Program-made: the position numbers and the translations under genes
The notes under the pieces: generated by a model
Databases searched by the model: none
Seen by the model: the letters and a program-made list of their open reading frames with translations, nothing else
Told to the model about the DNA's origin: nothing
In this document: positions 9,959 to 18,435 of the stretch, piece by piece
Position numbering within the stretch: the stretch's first letter is position 1
Layout: every line of letters begins with the position of its first letter
Source of the DNA: OCS155 cluster bacterium AG-426-D23
Lineage (GTDB): Bacteria > Actinomycetota > Acidimicrobiia > Actinomarinales > Actinomarinaceae
Direction: 5' to 3'
Length of the DNA: 64,000 bases
Assembly (NCBI GenBank): GCA_003213165.1
Contig: QCNO01000001.1
Span: forward strand, 202,068 to 266,067

Positions 9959-11389
9959 ATGGTTGAAAAAATTACACCTATGTCTGAAGACTTTAATGAA
10001 TGGTATACCGATATAATTCAACAAGCACAATTGGCTGACTATTCCCCTGTAAAAGGCACAATGGTTATAAGACCTTATGGTTACTCGCTTTGGGAGGGAG
10101 TTCAGGGGTATTTAGACAAAAAATTTAAAGAAACAGGCCATGAAAATGCATATTTCCCACTGTTTATACCTAATTCATTTATCAAAAAAGAAGCAGAGCA
10201 TGTTGAAGGTTTCTCTCCTGAATTAGCTACAGTTACGCATGCTGGTGGTAAAGAACTTGAAGAACCGCTAGTCGTAAGACCAACATCTGAGACAATTATT
10301 AATCATATGTTTGCAAGATGGATAAAAAGCCATAGAGATTTGCCAATGTTAATAAACCAATGGGCAAACGTAGTTAGATGGGAAATGAGAACACGATTGT
10401 TCCTGAGAACTTCAGAATTTCTCTGGCAAGAAGGTCACACTGCACACAAAACTCAGGAAGAAGCAACAAGTGAAGCTTTGCAAATGCTAGATATATATGC
10501 TGAGTTTGCAGAAAATGCAGCCGCAGTTTCCGTGGTCAAAGGCATCAAGTCTGCCAATGAAAGATTTGCAGGCGCTACAACAACTTATTCTATTGAGGCA
10601 ATGATGAAAGACATGAAAGCATTACAAGCAGGTACATCACATGAGTTAGGACAAAATTTCTCAAAAGCTTTTGAGATTCAATATTCTGATGAAAATAATG
10701 AGTTACAACATCCATTTCAAACAAGTTGGGGTGTTAGCACTCGATTGATTGGGATGATTATTATGGCTCATGGTGATGATAAAGGTTTACAACTACCTCC
10801 AAACCTGGCACCTACTCAGTCAGTCTTAATTCCAATAATCCCTAACGAAGATAGTAAATCAATTGTTTTAGAAACTGTTAATAATTTACATGAAGAATTA
10901 CGTAAAGATTACCGAATAAAAATAGATGATAGAGATAATATATCACCCGGCTTTAAATTTAATGAATGGGAATTAAAAGGTGTGCCTTTAAGAATTGAAA
11001 TTGGGCCAAAAGATATAGAAAATAATTCTGTTATCTTTTCTAGAAGAGATGGTGTTAATGGCAAGAGTTCAATATCTATAGATGACGTATCTCAGAAATT
11101 AAAAGAAAATTTAGATGATATTCAATCCAATTTATTAGAGACTTCAAAGAATTTTAGAAAAGAAAACACAATTCATGTAGATAGTAAAGTTGAACTAATT
11201 GATACTTTGAATTCAACTCCAGGTTTTGTTACATGTTATTGGGACGAAAATACCTCTGATGAAATTGAGATTAAGGACTTAACCAAAGCTACACTAAGAT
11301 GCTATCTCTTAGACAATGAAGATTCCGCCAAGTCTGTAAACAATGAATCTGTTGAGGGTAAAAAAGCAATTTTTTCTAAAGCATATTAA
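9959..11389 (+). CDS. proS: Proline-tRNA ligase (eukaryote/archaea-like family, no INS editing domain)
   Basis: VRPTSET, RWEMRTRLFLRTSEFLWQEGH, QAGTSHELGQNF, C-terminal KAY; 476 aa. Confidence 0.97.
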   Translation: MVEKITPMSEDFNEWYTDIIQQAQLADYSPVKGTMVIRPYGYSLWEGVQGYLDKKFKETGHENAYFPLFIPNSFIKKEAEHVEGFSPELATVTHAGGKELEEPLVVRPTSETIINHMFARWIKSHRDLPMLINQWANVVRWEMRTRLFLRTSEFLWQEGHTAHKTQEEATSEALQMLDIYAEFAENAAAVSVVKGIKSANERFAGATTTYSIEAMMKDMKALQAGTSHELGQNFSKAFEIQYSDENNELQHPFQTSWGVSTRLIGMIIMAHGDDKGLQLPPNLAPTQSVLIPIIPNEDSKSIVLETVNNLHEELRKDYRIKIDDRDNISPGFKFNEWELKGVPLRIEIGPKDIENNSVIFSRRDGVNGKSSISIDDVSQKLKENLDDIQSNLLETSKNFRKENTIHVDSKVELIDTLNSTPGFVTCYWDENTSDEIEIKDLTKATLRCYLLDNEDSAKSVNNESVEGKKAIFSKAY

Positions 11390-11416
11390 AAAAGGGTTTA
11401 ATTAAACTCTAATGTT

Positions 11417-11425
11417 TGGTACAAT
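11417..11425 (+). promoter_or_regulatory. Extended -10 promoter (TGnTACAAT) of the rimP-nusA-infB operon
   Basis: TGGTACAAT in the intergenic region, 55 nt before rimP. Confidence 0.6.
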
Positions 11426-11451
11426 AGGCGTGAGACAATTTAACTAAGTAT

Positions 11452-11476
11452 AGTGGGTTTCAAACCCGCTTTTTTT
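11452..11476 (+). terminator. rimP leader terminator/attenuator hairpin
   Basis: AGTGGGTTT-C-AAACCCGCT followed by TTTTTT, just upstream of the rimP ATG; matches the position and form of the known rimP-leader terminator. Confidence 0.75.
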
Positions 11477-11480
11477 ATGA

Positions 11481-11966
11481 ATGGAGGTTTTTATGGTTTC
11501 TGAAGAGGAAATCCTAGCAGCTTTCGATTTGTATCTAACTGAAGAAAATCTCGAACTTTATGACCTAAACATTGCAAATTACCCTGCTATCTCCAGAGTT
11601 GAGGTTTTCATAGTTAGTGATTATGAAATAGATGTAGATTTAACCTCAAGATTAAATAAACAACTTCAAAGGCTTCTCGATAATATGGGTATCGAAAAAG
11701 GATCGTATGAAATGATTGTTTCAAGTCCAGGAATTGAAAGAAAATTAAAAACAAACAGACATTTTGAATTAGCTCTAGGTCAACTTGTAAAAATTAAATT
11801 ATTTGAACCTATAAAAGGTAACTATGTCTTAGAAGGTTATATAGGATCTGTTAGCGAACAAGAAATCAAATTAATTATCGACTCAGAAGACATTGTAATT
11901 AATTTTTCTAACATAAAAAATGCGAAAATTGAATTTAAACAATTTAAAGAAAAAGTAAAAGGATAA
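11481..11966 (+). CDS. rimP: Ribosome maturation factor RimP
   Basis: YEMIVSSPGIERKL motif; upstream of nusA. Confidence 0.92.
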   Translation: MEVFMVSEEEILAAFDLYLTEENLELYDLNIANYPAISRVEVFIVSDYEIDVDLTSRLNKQLQRLLDNMGIEKGSYEMIVSSPGIERKLKTNRHFELALGQLVKIKLFEPIKGNYVLEGYIGSVSEQEIKLIIDSEDIVINFSNIKNAKIEFKQFKEKVKG

Positions 11967-11968
11967 AA

Positions 11969-13003
11969 ATGAAATTAGGTAATGAGAGCAAACAAGCAAT
12001 TGAGGCATTAGCACTAGAAAAAGGTGTAGCTGTTGAAAGCATGTATGAAGCACTTGTTTCAGCATTTAGGTCAGCCTATATGAGAATACCTGGAGCTGCA
12101 GAGGAAGCACGTGTTACTTTAAATCCAGATTCCGGAGAAGTTCTTATATATGCTCAAGAGCTAGACAACGAGGGAAATGTCATTGAAGAATGGAAAGTTG
12201 AATTAGATGAAGATGAATTTGGAAGAATAGCTGCACAATCTTTTAAACAAATGATGACTACAAAAATTAGAGATGCAAAACGAGCAACTGTGCTTGATGC
12301 TTATATCGGCAGAGAGGGAGAACTTGTCACTGGTATAGTAACTCAATTTGATCCTAGATTTAATCAAACAATACTTGATCTTCAAGATGCTGAAGCAGTT
12401 ATACCAGCTGGCGAAAGGGTGCCATTTGAAAGATTAGAAAGAGGCAATAGGGTAAAGGCACTTATTACAGAGGTAAGAGAAGATGCTAAAGGAGTACCAA
12501 TTATTGTCAGTAGAAGTAGGGCCGAATTTGTACAAAGAATGCTAGAACTTGAAGTTCCTGAATTGACAGATGGAACAGTAGAATTACGAGCTATTGCAAG
12601 AGAACCCGGCAGCCGAACAAAAATTGCTGTATTTTCAAACGACCCAAATGTAGATCCCAAAGGTGCTTGTGTTGGATCAAGAGGTAATAGAGTAAGACAA
12701 ATTGTAAACGAGTTAAGAGGCGAGAAACTAGATGTTGTTGAATGGAGAGAAGACAAAGTAAGGTTCATCAAAGAAGCTCTTGGGCCTGCTGATATTGATG
12801 AAGTTGAGATAGATGAAGATTTAAAAACAGCAAGAGTAGTTGTAAAAGATAGCCAACTTTCTCTAGCAATAGGAAAAGAAGGGCAAAATGCTCGCTTAGC
12901 TGCGAAATTAACTGGTTATAAAATAGATATAGAAGGACTTGGAGACTCTCCACAAATAGAGGAATCTGACGAAGAAGAGAGTGCGTCAAAAGAGGAAGAG
13001 TAA
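11969..13003 (+). CDS. nusA: Transcription termination/antitermination factor NusA
   Basis: FGRIAAQ, S1 and KH domains, AREPGSRTKIAV, LSLAIGKEGQNARLAAKLTG. Confidence 0.98.
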   Translation: MKLGNESKQAIEALALEKGVAVESMYEALVSAFRSAYMRIPGAAEEARVTLNPDSGEVLIYAQELDNEGNVIEEWKVELDEDEFGRIAAQSFKQMMTTKIRDAKRATVLDAYIGREGELVTGIVTQFDPRFNQTILDLQDAEAVIPAGERVPFERLERGNRVKALITEVREDAKGVPIIVSRSRAEFVQRMLELEVPELTDGTVELRAIAREPGSRTKIAVFSNDPNVDPKGACVGSRGNRVRQIVNELRGEKLDVVEWREDKVRFIKEALGPADIDEVEIDEDLKTARVVVKDSQLSLAIGKEGQNARLAAKLTGYKIDIEGLGDSPQIEESDEEESASKEEE

Positions 13004-15013
13004 ATGGCTAAAAAGCGAATTCACCAAATCGCAAAGGAACTTGATTTAGCATCAGCTGACATATTACATCAAGCAAAAGTGCTTGGTATAGAAGTAAAAA
13101 CTGCTTCATCTGGCTTAACGGAAGAGGAAGAAGAATTAGTCAAGTTAGCTTTAACACCAGCGAATGAACCAGAAGCTGAACCTGAGGAAGTCTCTGAACA
13201 AGAAGAATCTAGTCAGGATGAACCAGAAGCTGAACCACAACAAGATGTAGAAGATGATGTACAGATTATTGAAGTGTCTAGGAATTCATCTCCAGAAAGA
13301 ATTAGCTCACTTATAGAAGTTGAAGCCACACAAATCGTAGGTGATTTAATGGGTCTAGGAATAATGAAAGCTATAGATACACCTTTAGATGATAGTGATA
13401 TCGAAAAACTTTTTGAAAAGTACAATCTGATTCCTGATTTGATAGATGAAGTAACAGTCTCAAGAGAAGATATTATTGAATTTCAAGACTTTGAAGATGA
13501 TCCAGATAAATTAAATTTAAGAGCACCAATAATTACAGTTATGGGTCATGTGGACCACGGTAAAACTAGCTTGTTGGATTATATAAGAAATGAAAAAGTT
13601 GCAGATGGTGAGGCTGGCGGTATAACACAACACGTTGGAGCTTATAAAGTAGATACTGGAGAGTCAGGAATTACTTTTATTGATACCCCTGGTCACGAAG
13701 CATTTACACAAATGAGAGCTAGAGGTGCAAATGTTACTGATATAGTTGTCTTAGTAGTAGCTGCTGATGATGGAGTCATGCCTCAAACAATTGAAGCGAT
13801 CAACCACTCAAAAGCTGCAGATGTACCTATAGTTGTCGCCATAAATAAGTGTGATTTACCTGAAGCTAATCCATCTATGATTAAAGCTGAGCTTACAAAA
13901 TATGAAGTAATTTCTGAAGACTTAGGTGGAGATACACCTGTAGTTGAAGTTTCCGCACTTAAAGGTGATGGAGTTGATGATTTGCTTGAAACACTTGCAC
14001 TCGTAGCAGAAATAGAAGAACTAAAAGCAAATTATAATACAAATGCATCTGGGTATATTGTTGAATCACGCATGGAAGTTGGTAGAGGTAATGTTGCTAC
14101 GGTAATAGTTACGAGAGGTACTCTAAAACAAGGTGATTTTCTTTATGCTGGTCAGGCATTTTGTAGAGTGAAGTCAATGTTTGATCACAACAATAAAACA
14201 GTAAAGTCTGTAGAGCCAGGTTCTCCAATAGATATAATTGGCTGGGATGAATCACCAACTGCTGGTGATCAATTTGTTTCTGTTAAAAATCAAAAAGAGG
14301 CTAAGGCAAAAGCTGAAGAAAATAAAACAAAATTAAAAGAGCATGACAACTCATCATTTTCAGTTGAGTCACGAGTTAGTGACATGATGAAACTTTTACA
14401 AGAAGGTGAATTAAATACAGTAAATATAATTTTAAAAGCTGACACCAACGGTTCAGTTGAAGCAATTAAAGATGGTATTAACAAATTAGCGACAGATGAT
14501 GTAAATATTCAAGTTGTTCACTCAGCAGTAGGGGGAATTGTATTATCTGATGTTGATTTAGCCAGTGCCACAGATTCTCTTATCATTGGTTTTAATGTTA
14601 GACCTGATAGTCAGGCAAGAAATATGGCTCAGAGCAAAGGTATTGACGTAAGAACATACAATATCATTTATGAATTGCTAGACGATATTTCTGAAGCGGT
14701 ACTTGGACAAATGACTATAAAAACTGAAGAAGCAATTATTGGCATGGTTGAAGTTAAAACTACATTTCGTGCACCAAAAGTTGGTGTAGTTGCTGGTTCT
14801 GTAGTTTCTGAAGGTAGAGTAGAGCTTGACGCAAAGGCACGACTGCTAAGAGACGGTGTAGTAATTTATGAAGGCACCATAGTTTCATTAAGAAGATTTA
14901 AAGACAATGTTGAAGTTGTTAACGAAGGTCTTGAGTGTGGTATTGGTCTTTCAGATTATAAAGATATTAAGGAAGGCGACACAATAGAGATACTTGGAGA
15001 AGTAGAAGTTTAG
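13004..15013 (+). CDS. infB: Translation initiation factor IF-2 (compact, 669 aa)
   Basis: MGHVDHGKTSLLD, GGITQHVGAY, DTPGHEAF, ECGIG; N-terminal KRIHQIAKEL. Confidence 0.99.
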   Translation: MAKKRIHQIAKELDLASADILHQAKVLGIEVKTASSGLTEEEEELVKLALTPANEPEAEPEEVSEQEESSQDEPEAEPQQDVEDDVQIIEVSRNSSPERISSLIEVEATQIVGDLMGLGIMKAIDTPLDDSDIEKLFEKYNLIPDLIDEVTVSREDIIEFQDFEDDPDKLNLRAPIITVMGHVDHGKTSLLDYIRNEKVADGEAGGITQHVGAYKVDTGESGITFIDTPGHEAFTQMRARGANVTDIVVLVVAADDGVMPQTIEAINHSKAADVPIVVAINKCDLPEANPSMIKAELTKYEVISEDLGGDTPVVEVSALKGDGVDDLLETLALVAEIEELKANYNTNASGYIVESRMEVGRGNVATVIVTRGTLKQGDFLYAGQAFCRVKSMFDHNNKTVKSVEPGSPIDIIGWDESPTAGDQFVSVKNQKEAKAKAEENKTKLKEHDNSSFSVESRVSDMMKLLQEGELNTVNIILKADTNGSVEAIKDGINKLATDDVNIQVVHSAVGGIVLSDVDLASATDSLIIGFNVRPDSQARNMAQSKGIDVRTYNIIYELLDDISEAVLGQMTIKTEEAIIGMVEVKTTFRAPKVGVVAGSVVSEGRVELDAKARLLRDGVVIYEGTIVSLRRFKDNVEVVNEGLECGIGLSDYKDIKEGDTIEILGEVEV

Positions 15014-15022
15014 AAAATAACA

Positions 15023-15373
15023 ATGAGTAATCAAACACGTGGTGGAAGAATAAATAGAATAAACCCCCTCATTCAAAAAATTATCTCAAGCGCACTTTTA
15101 AGAAATTCTGATCCAGTCCTTAACAAAGCAACTATTACTCATGTTTCTACTTCACCCGATTTAAAGAAATCAATGGTATTTGTTTCAACACTCGATGGTA
15201 ATGAAGGGTCTTTAAAAACTGCACTCGAGAAAAATAGAACAAAAATTCAAAAAGTATTAGCAAGAGAAATGACAACAAAAAATGTACCCAAAATCATTTT
15301 TGAAGTTGATAGTACATTTAATAATGTTCTAAGAATTAACGAACTGTTAGATAGGACTATTGAGAATGAGTAA
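15023..15373 (+). CDS. rbfA: Ribosome-binding factor A
   Basis: ITHVSTSPDL..S.VFVS, VPKIIFEVD; follows infB. Confidence 0.88.
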   Translation: MSNQTRGGRINRINPLIQKIISSALLRNSDPVLNKATITHVSTSPDLKKSMVFVSTLDGNEGSLKTALEKNRTKIQKVLAREMTTKNVPKIIFEVDSTFNNVLRINELLDRTIENE

Positions 15374-16307
15374 ACTTTTTGAAGATATTAAAGATTCCTC
15401 TAATTTAATTACAGGCCATATAAACCCTGACGGCGACGCTTTGGGTTCTGCCTTAGCATTTAAATTAATACTGGACAACAAAGGCATAGATTCCGACGTA
15501 TCTTTTCATATTAAAGGTAACGTTCCCTCTAATTTAAATCACTTACCTATTGAATTAATTATGGATAAGCCAAAGGAAAATTATGACAATATATATGTTT
15601 TTGATTGTGGAAACTCGGAAAGACTTGGTGATTTAGAAGATTTAGCATTAAATGCTAAAAGAGTCATTGTTGTAGATCACCATATCAATCCTTCCTTTGG
15701 TGATATTCAGGTTATTGATTCAAATGCTGCCAGCACTACACAAGTACTATTCAGAGAAATTCTTTCTGCAAACATAGACATTGACAAGAATATTGCCAAT
15801 TGTCTTATGACAGGATTAATCACTGATACAGGTAGATTTCAATATTCAAATACAGATAATGAAGTATTTGAAATCGCATCAAAACTAATGTTAAGTGGTG
15901 CTGAGCTTACAAGTATAAGTGATAACATTTATGGGTCTATTCCTATGAATGCAATCAAGCTACAAAGTAAAGTTTTAAACAGAATTGAATTATATGAAGA
16001 AGAAGAATTAGTTGTTTCGTATGTTTTACAAGAAGATTATCTTAATTACAATATTGCATCTTCTGAAACAGATTTTTTAATTGATTCAATTAGATTAGTG
16101 AAAGAATCAAGTGTGGCTTTATTGTTAAAAGAACAAGAAGATAAATCATTTAAAGGAAGCTTAAGGTCTCGTAATGCATTAGACGTTCAACAGATTGCTT
16201 CTCTGTTTGGTGGCGGTGGACATAAAGCAGCGTCTGGATTTTCTACAAATTTAAGTATGGAAGAAATAAAGAATAAAGTTAAGAATGCAATTAAGTCACA
16301 AGTCTAA
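15366..16307 (+). CDS. nrnA: DHH/DHHA1 phosphoesterase (NrnA-like oligoribonuclease/pAp phosphatase)
   Basis: GHINPDGDALGS, VVDHH, TDTGRF, GGGGHKAASG. Confidence 0.9.
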   Translation: MSKLFEDIKDSSNLITGHINPDGDALGSALAFKLILDNKGIDSDVSFHIKGNVPSNLNHLPIELIMDKPKENYDNIYVFDCGNSERLGDLEDLALNAKRVIVVDHHINPSFGDIQVIDSNAASTTQVLFREILSANIDIDKNIANCLMTGLITDTGRFQYSNTDNEVFEIASKLMLSGAELTSISDNIYGSIPMNAIKLQSKVLNRIELYEEEELVVSYVLQEDYLNYNIASSETDFLIDSIRLVKESSVALLLKEQEDKSFKGSLRSRNALDVQQIASLFGGGGHKAASGFSTNLSMEEIKNKVKNAIKSQV

Positions 16308-17166
16308 CTTTTATCTATTAGACAAACCAAAAACATGGACCTCTCAAGATCTATGTACTAAATTAAAAAAAAATTTTAAATTTAAAAAAGTAGGTCACTC
16401 AGGTACCTTAGATCCAAACGCAGATGGCTTAATGCTCCTTGCTACTAATGGGTATACAAAATTATTTGATTACATAGATAACACAAATAAAACTTATAAA
16501 GTAATTGCAATATTAGGTTACTCTTCTCCAACTCTTGATGTTGACTCAGAAATTACAAAACATGATGATATAAGTGTGGAACAGTTGAAACCTCAAATAC
16601 AAGAATTTCTTACTAATTTGGTTGGTGAGTCTACCCAGACTCCACCAATTTATTCAGCGATTAAAGTAAAAGGAAAACGATTATATAAATATGCACGTCA
16701 AAATCAAGATGTAGAAATTCCTGATAGAAAAATATTTGTAGAAAGAACAGAATTGTTAGAACTATTAGATAATAAAGTCACTTTTGAGATAACAGTAAGT
16801 AAGGGAACATATATTAGAAGCATTGTTCAACAATTAGGTGAGTATCTAAACACTTATGCAATAGTATCAACACTCACAAGGATAGCTGTTGGTAATTTAA
16901 ATATTAATCATAAGTGTCTAAATACAAATGTTGAAGCTATAAATCACAACTCAAAAATAGTGTCAATAGATTGGGCAGAGGTTTTAAATTTACCAAAAAT
17001 TGAACTAGATGTAGAAATGCATAAAACAATAAAAAATGGTCAACTTCTACCTAGAAATATGTTTTCAAATGAAGAAAATTATATAATATCTATCGAGAGC
17101 AATATTGTGGCAATTTATAAACCTTTTAATGAGAAATATTACAAACCAGAAAAAGTACTCTCATGA
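16285..17166 (+). CDS. truB: tRNA pseudouridine(55) synthase
   Basis: KVGHSGTLDP, QTPPIYSAIKVKGKRLY, VSKGTYIRS. Confidence 0.96.
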   Translation: MQLSHKSNFYLLDKPKTWTSQDLCTKLKKNFKFKKVGHSGTLDPNADGLMLLATNGYTKLFDYIDNTNKTYKVIAILGYSSPTLDVDSEITKHDDISVEQLKPQIQEFLTNLVGESTQTPPIYSAIKVKGKRLYKYARQNQDVEIPDRKIFVERTELLELLDNKVTFEITVSKGTYIRSIVQQLGEYLNTYAIVSTLTRIAVGNLNINHKCLNTNVEAINHNSKIVSIDWAEVLNLPKIELDVEMHKTIKNGQLLPRNMFSNEENYIISIESNIVAIYKPFNEKYYKPEKVLS

Positions 17167-18056
17167 GAATATATGAAAATTTTACTTCCGATAATTTTAT
17201 TGATGATTTCATTACAGATGTGTGTATTGGTGGATTTGATGGAGTACATTTAGGCCATCAGGAACTATTAAAATTTACAAAAGAAGCAAGTAATTTATTT
17301 CAAATAGTTACTTTTGATATACTTCCAAAAAAATTATTCAATAATGAACATAAGCTACTTACAACCAATAATGAGAAGATTGAATTATTTAAAAAATTTG
17401 AACCTAGTAATTTAGTATTTATTAATTTTGAACATGTAATGAAGTTTTCACCTAAATCTTTTTGTGAGATGTTAAAAAACAATATGAAAGCTAAAAATAT
17501 ATATGTAGGTAATGATTTTAAATTTGGTGCAAACCGTGAGGGTGACGTAGATTACTTAATTAAATATTTTGGTGAAGATTCTGTACATACTATTGCTGAT
17601 TATGAACACAACAACGAAAAAATTTCTTCAACCTTAATTAAGTCATTTTTGAGTGAAGGTTTTGTTGAACAGGCTAATCAAGCTTTGGGTTATGAATATT
17701 CTATAAGTGGAACTGTTATCAAAGGTGATCAAAGAGGTTCTAAGATTGGATTTCCTACTGCAAATTTGAACATAGATAAGAATATTCAAATACCCAAAAA
17801 TGGAGTATACAAAGTAGATGTGCTTTTAAATGGAAATCTTTATCAAGGAATTATGAATATTGGATATAAACCTACTGTATCTGAAGGTGTCAAGCAAAGT
17901 TTTGAAGTACATATTTTTGATTTTAACGACGATATTTACGGTGATGATTTAACTGTACAATTTAAAAAATTTATAAGAGATGAAATAAAATTCTCAAGTA
18001 TTGATGATTTAACTCAACAAATATCTAAAGATATTGAAGATATTAATAAAAATTAA
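17163..18056 (+). CDS. ribF: Bifunctional riboflavin kinase/FAD synthetase
   Basis: GGFDGVHLGHQ, VGNDFKFG, ISST, GFPTAN, EVHIFDF, IRDEIKF. Confidence 0.97.
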   Translation: MRIYENFTSDNFIDDFITDVCIGGFDGVHLGHQELLKFTKEASNLFQIVTFDILPKKLFNNEHKLLTTNNEKIELFKKFEPSNLVFINFEHVMKFSPKSFCEMLKNNMKAKNIYVGNDFKFGANREGDVDYLIKYFGEDSVHTIADYEHNNEKISSTLIKSFLSEGFVEQANQALGYEYSISGTVIKGDQRGSKIGFPTANLNIDKNIQIPKNGVYKVDVLLNGNLYQGIMNIGYKPTVSEGVKQSFEVHIFDFNDDIYGDDLTVQFKKFIRDEIKFSSIDDLTQQISKDIEDINKN

Positions 18057-18098
18057 ATAATCTCACATTAGACATAGCAGCTACTATTATTATCTCGA

Positions 18099-18356
18099 AT
18101 GAAAACAAAGCAAGAAATTATAAAAGAATACGGTAAATCCGATACAGATACTGGTTCTGCTGAAGTTCAGGTTGCTTTATTGAGTAATAGAATCGATCAT
18201 TTAACAGATCATTTGAAAACACATAAAAAAGACCACCACACAAGAAGAGGATTATTAATGCTTGTTGGTAAAAGAAAGAGATTACTTCAGTACCTTCAGA
18301 ATCAAGATGTACAAAGATATCGTGATCTTATAGATAAACTTGGCTTAAGAAGATAA
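18099..18356 (+). CDS. rpsO: 30S ribosomal protein S15
   Basis: [24 protein letters not shown]. Confidence 0.99.
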   Translation: MKTKQEIIKEYGKSDTDTGSAEVQVALLSNRIDHLTDHLKTHKKDHHTRRGLLMLVGKRKRLLQYLQNQDVQRYRDLIDKLGLRR

Positions 18357-18362
18357 TAAATT

Positions 18363-18422
18363 TGACCTTGCGTTGTTAATTGAGAGCTTTTGTTGAAAGC
18401 TGACAATTAATAACCTTGGTCA
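18363..18422 (+). promoter_or_regulatory. Long rpsO-pnp intergenic hairpin (candidate RNase III site)
   Basis: Nested inverted repeats TGACC/GGTCA, GTTGTTAATTG/CAATTAATAAC and AGCTTT/AAAGCT. Confidence 0.65.
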
Positions 18423-18435
18423 CGAAAGAGGTTAT

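Noticed and set aside
13165-13237. Repeated GAACCAGAAGCTGAACC in infB
   Set aside because: It encodes a low-complexity EPEAEP acidic linker; only two copies, not an array.
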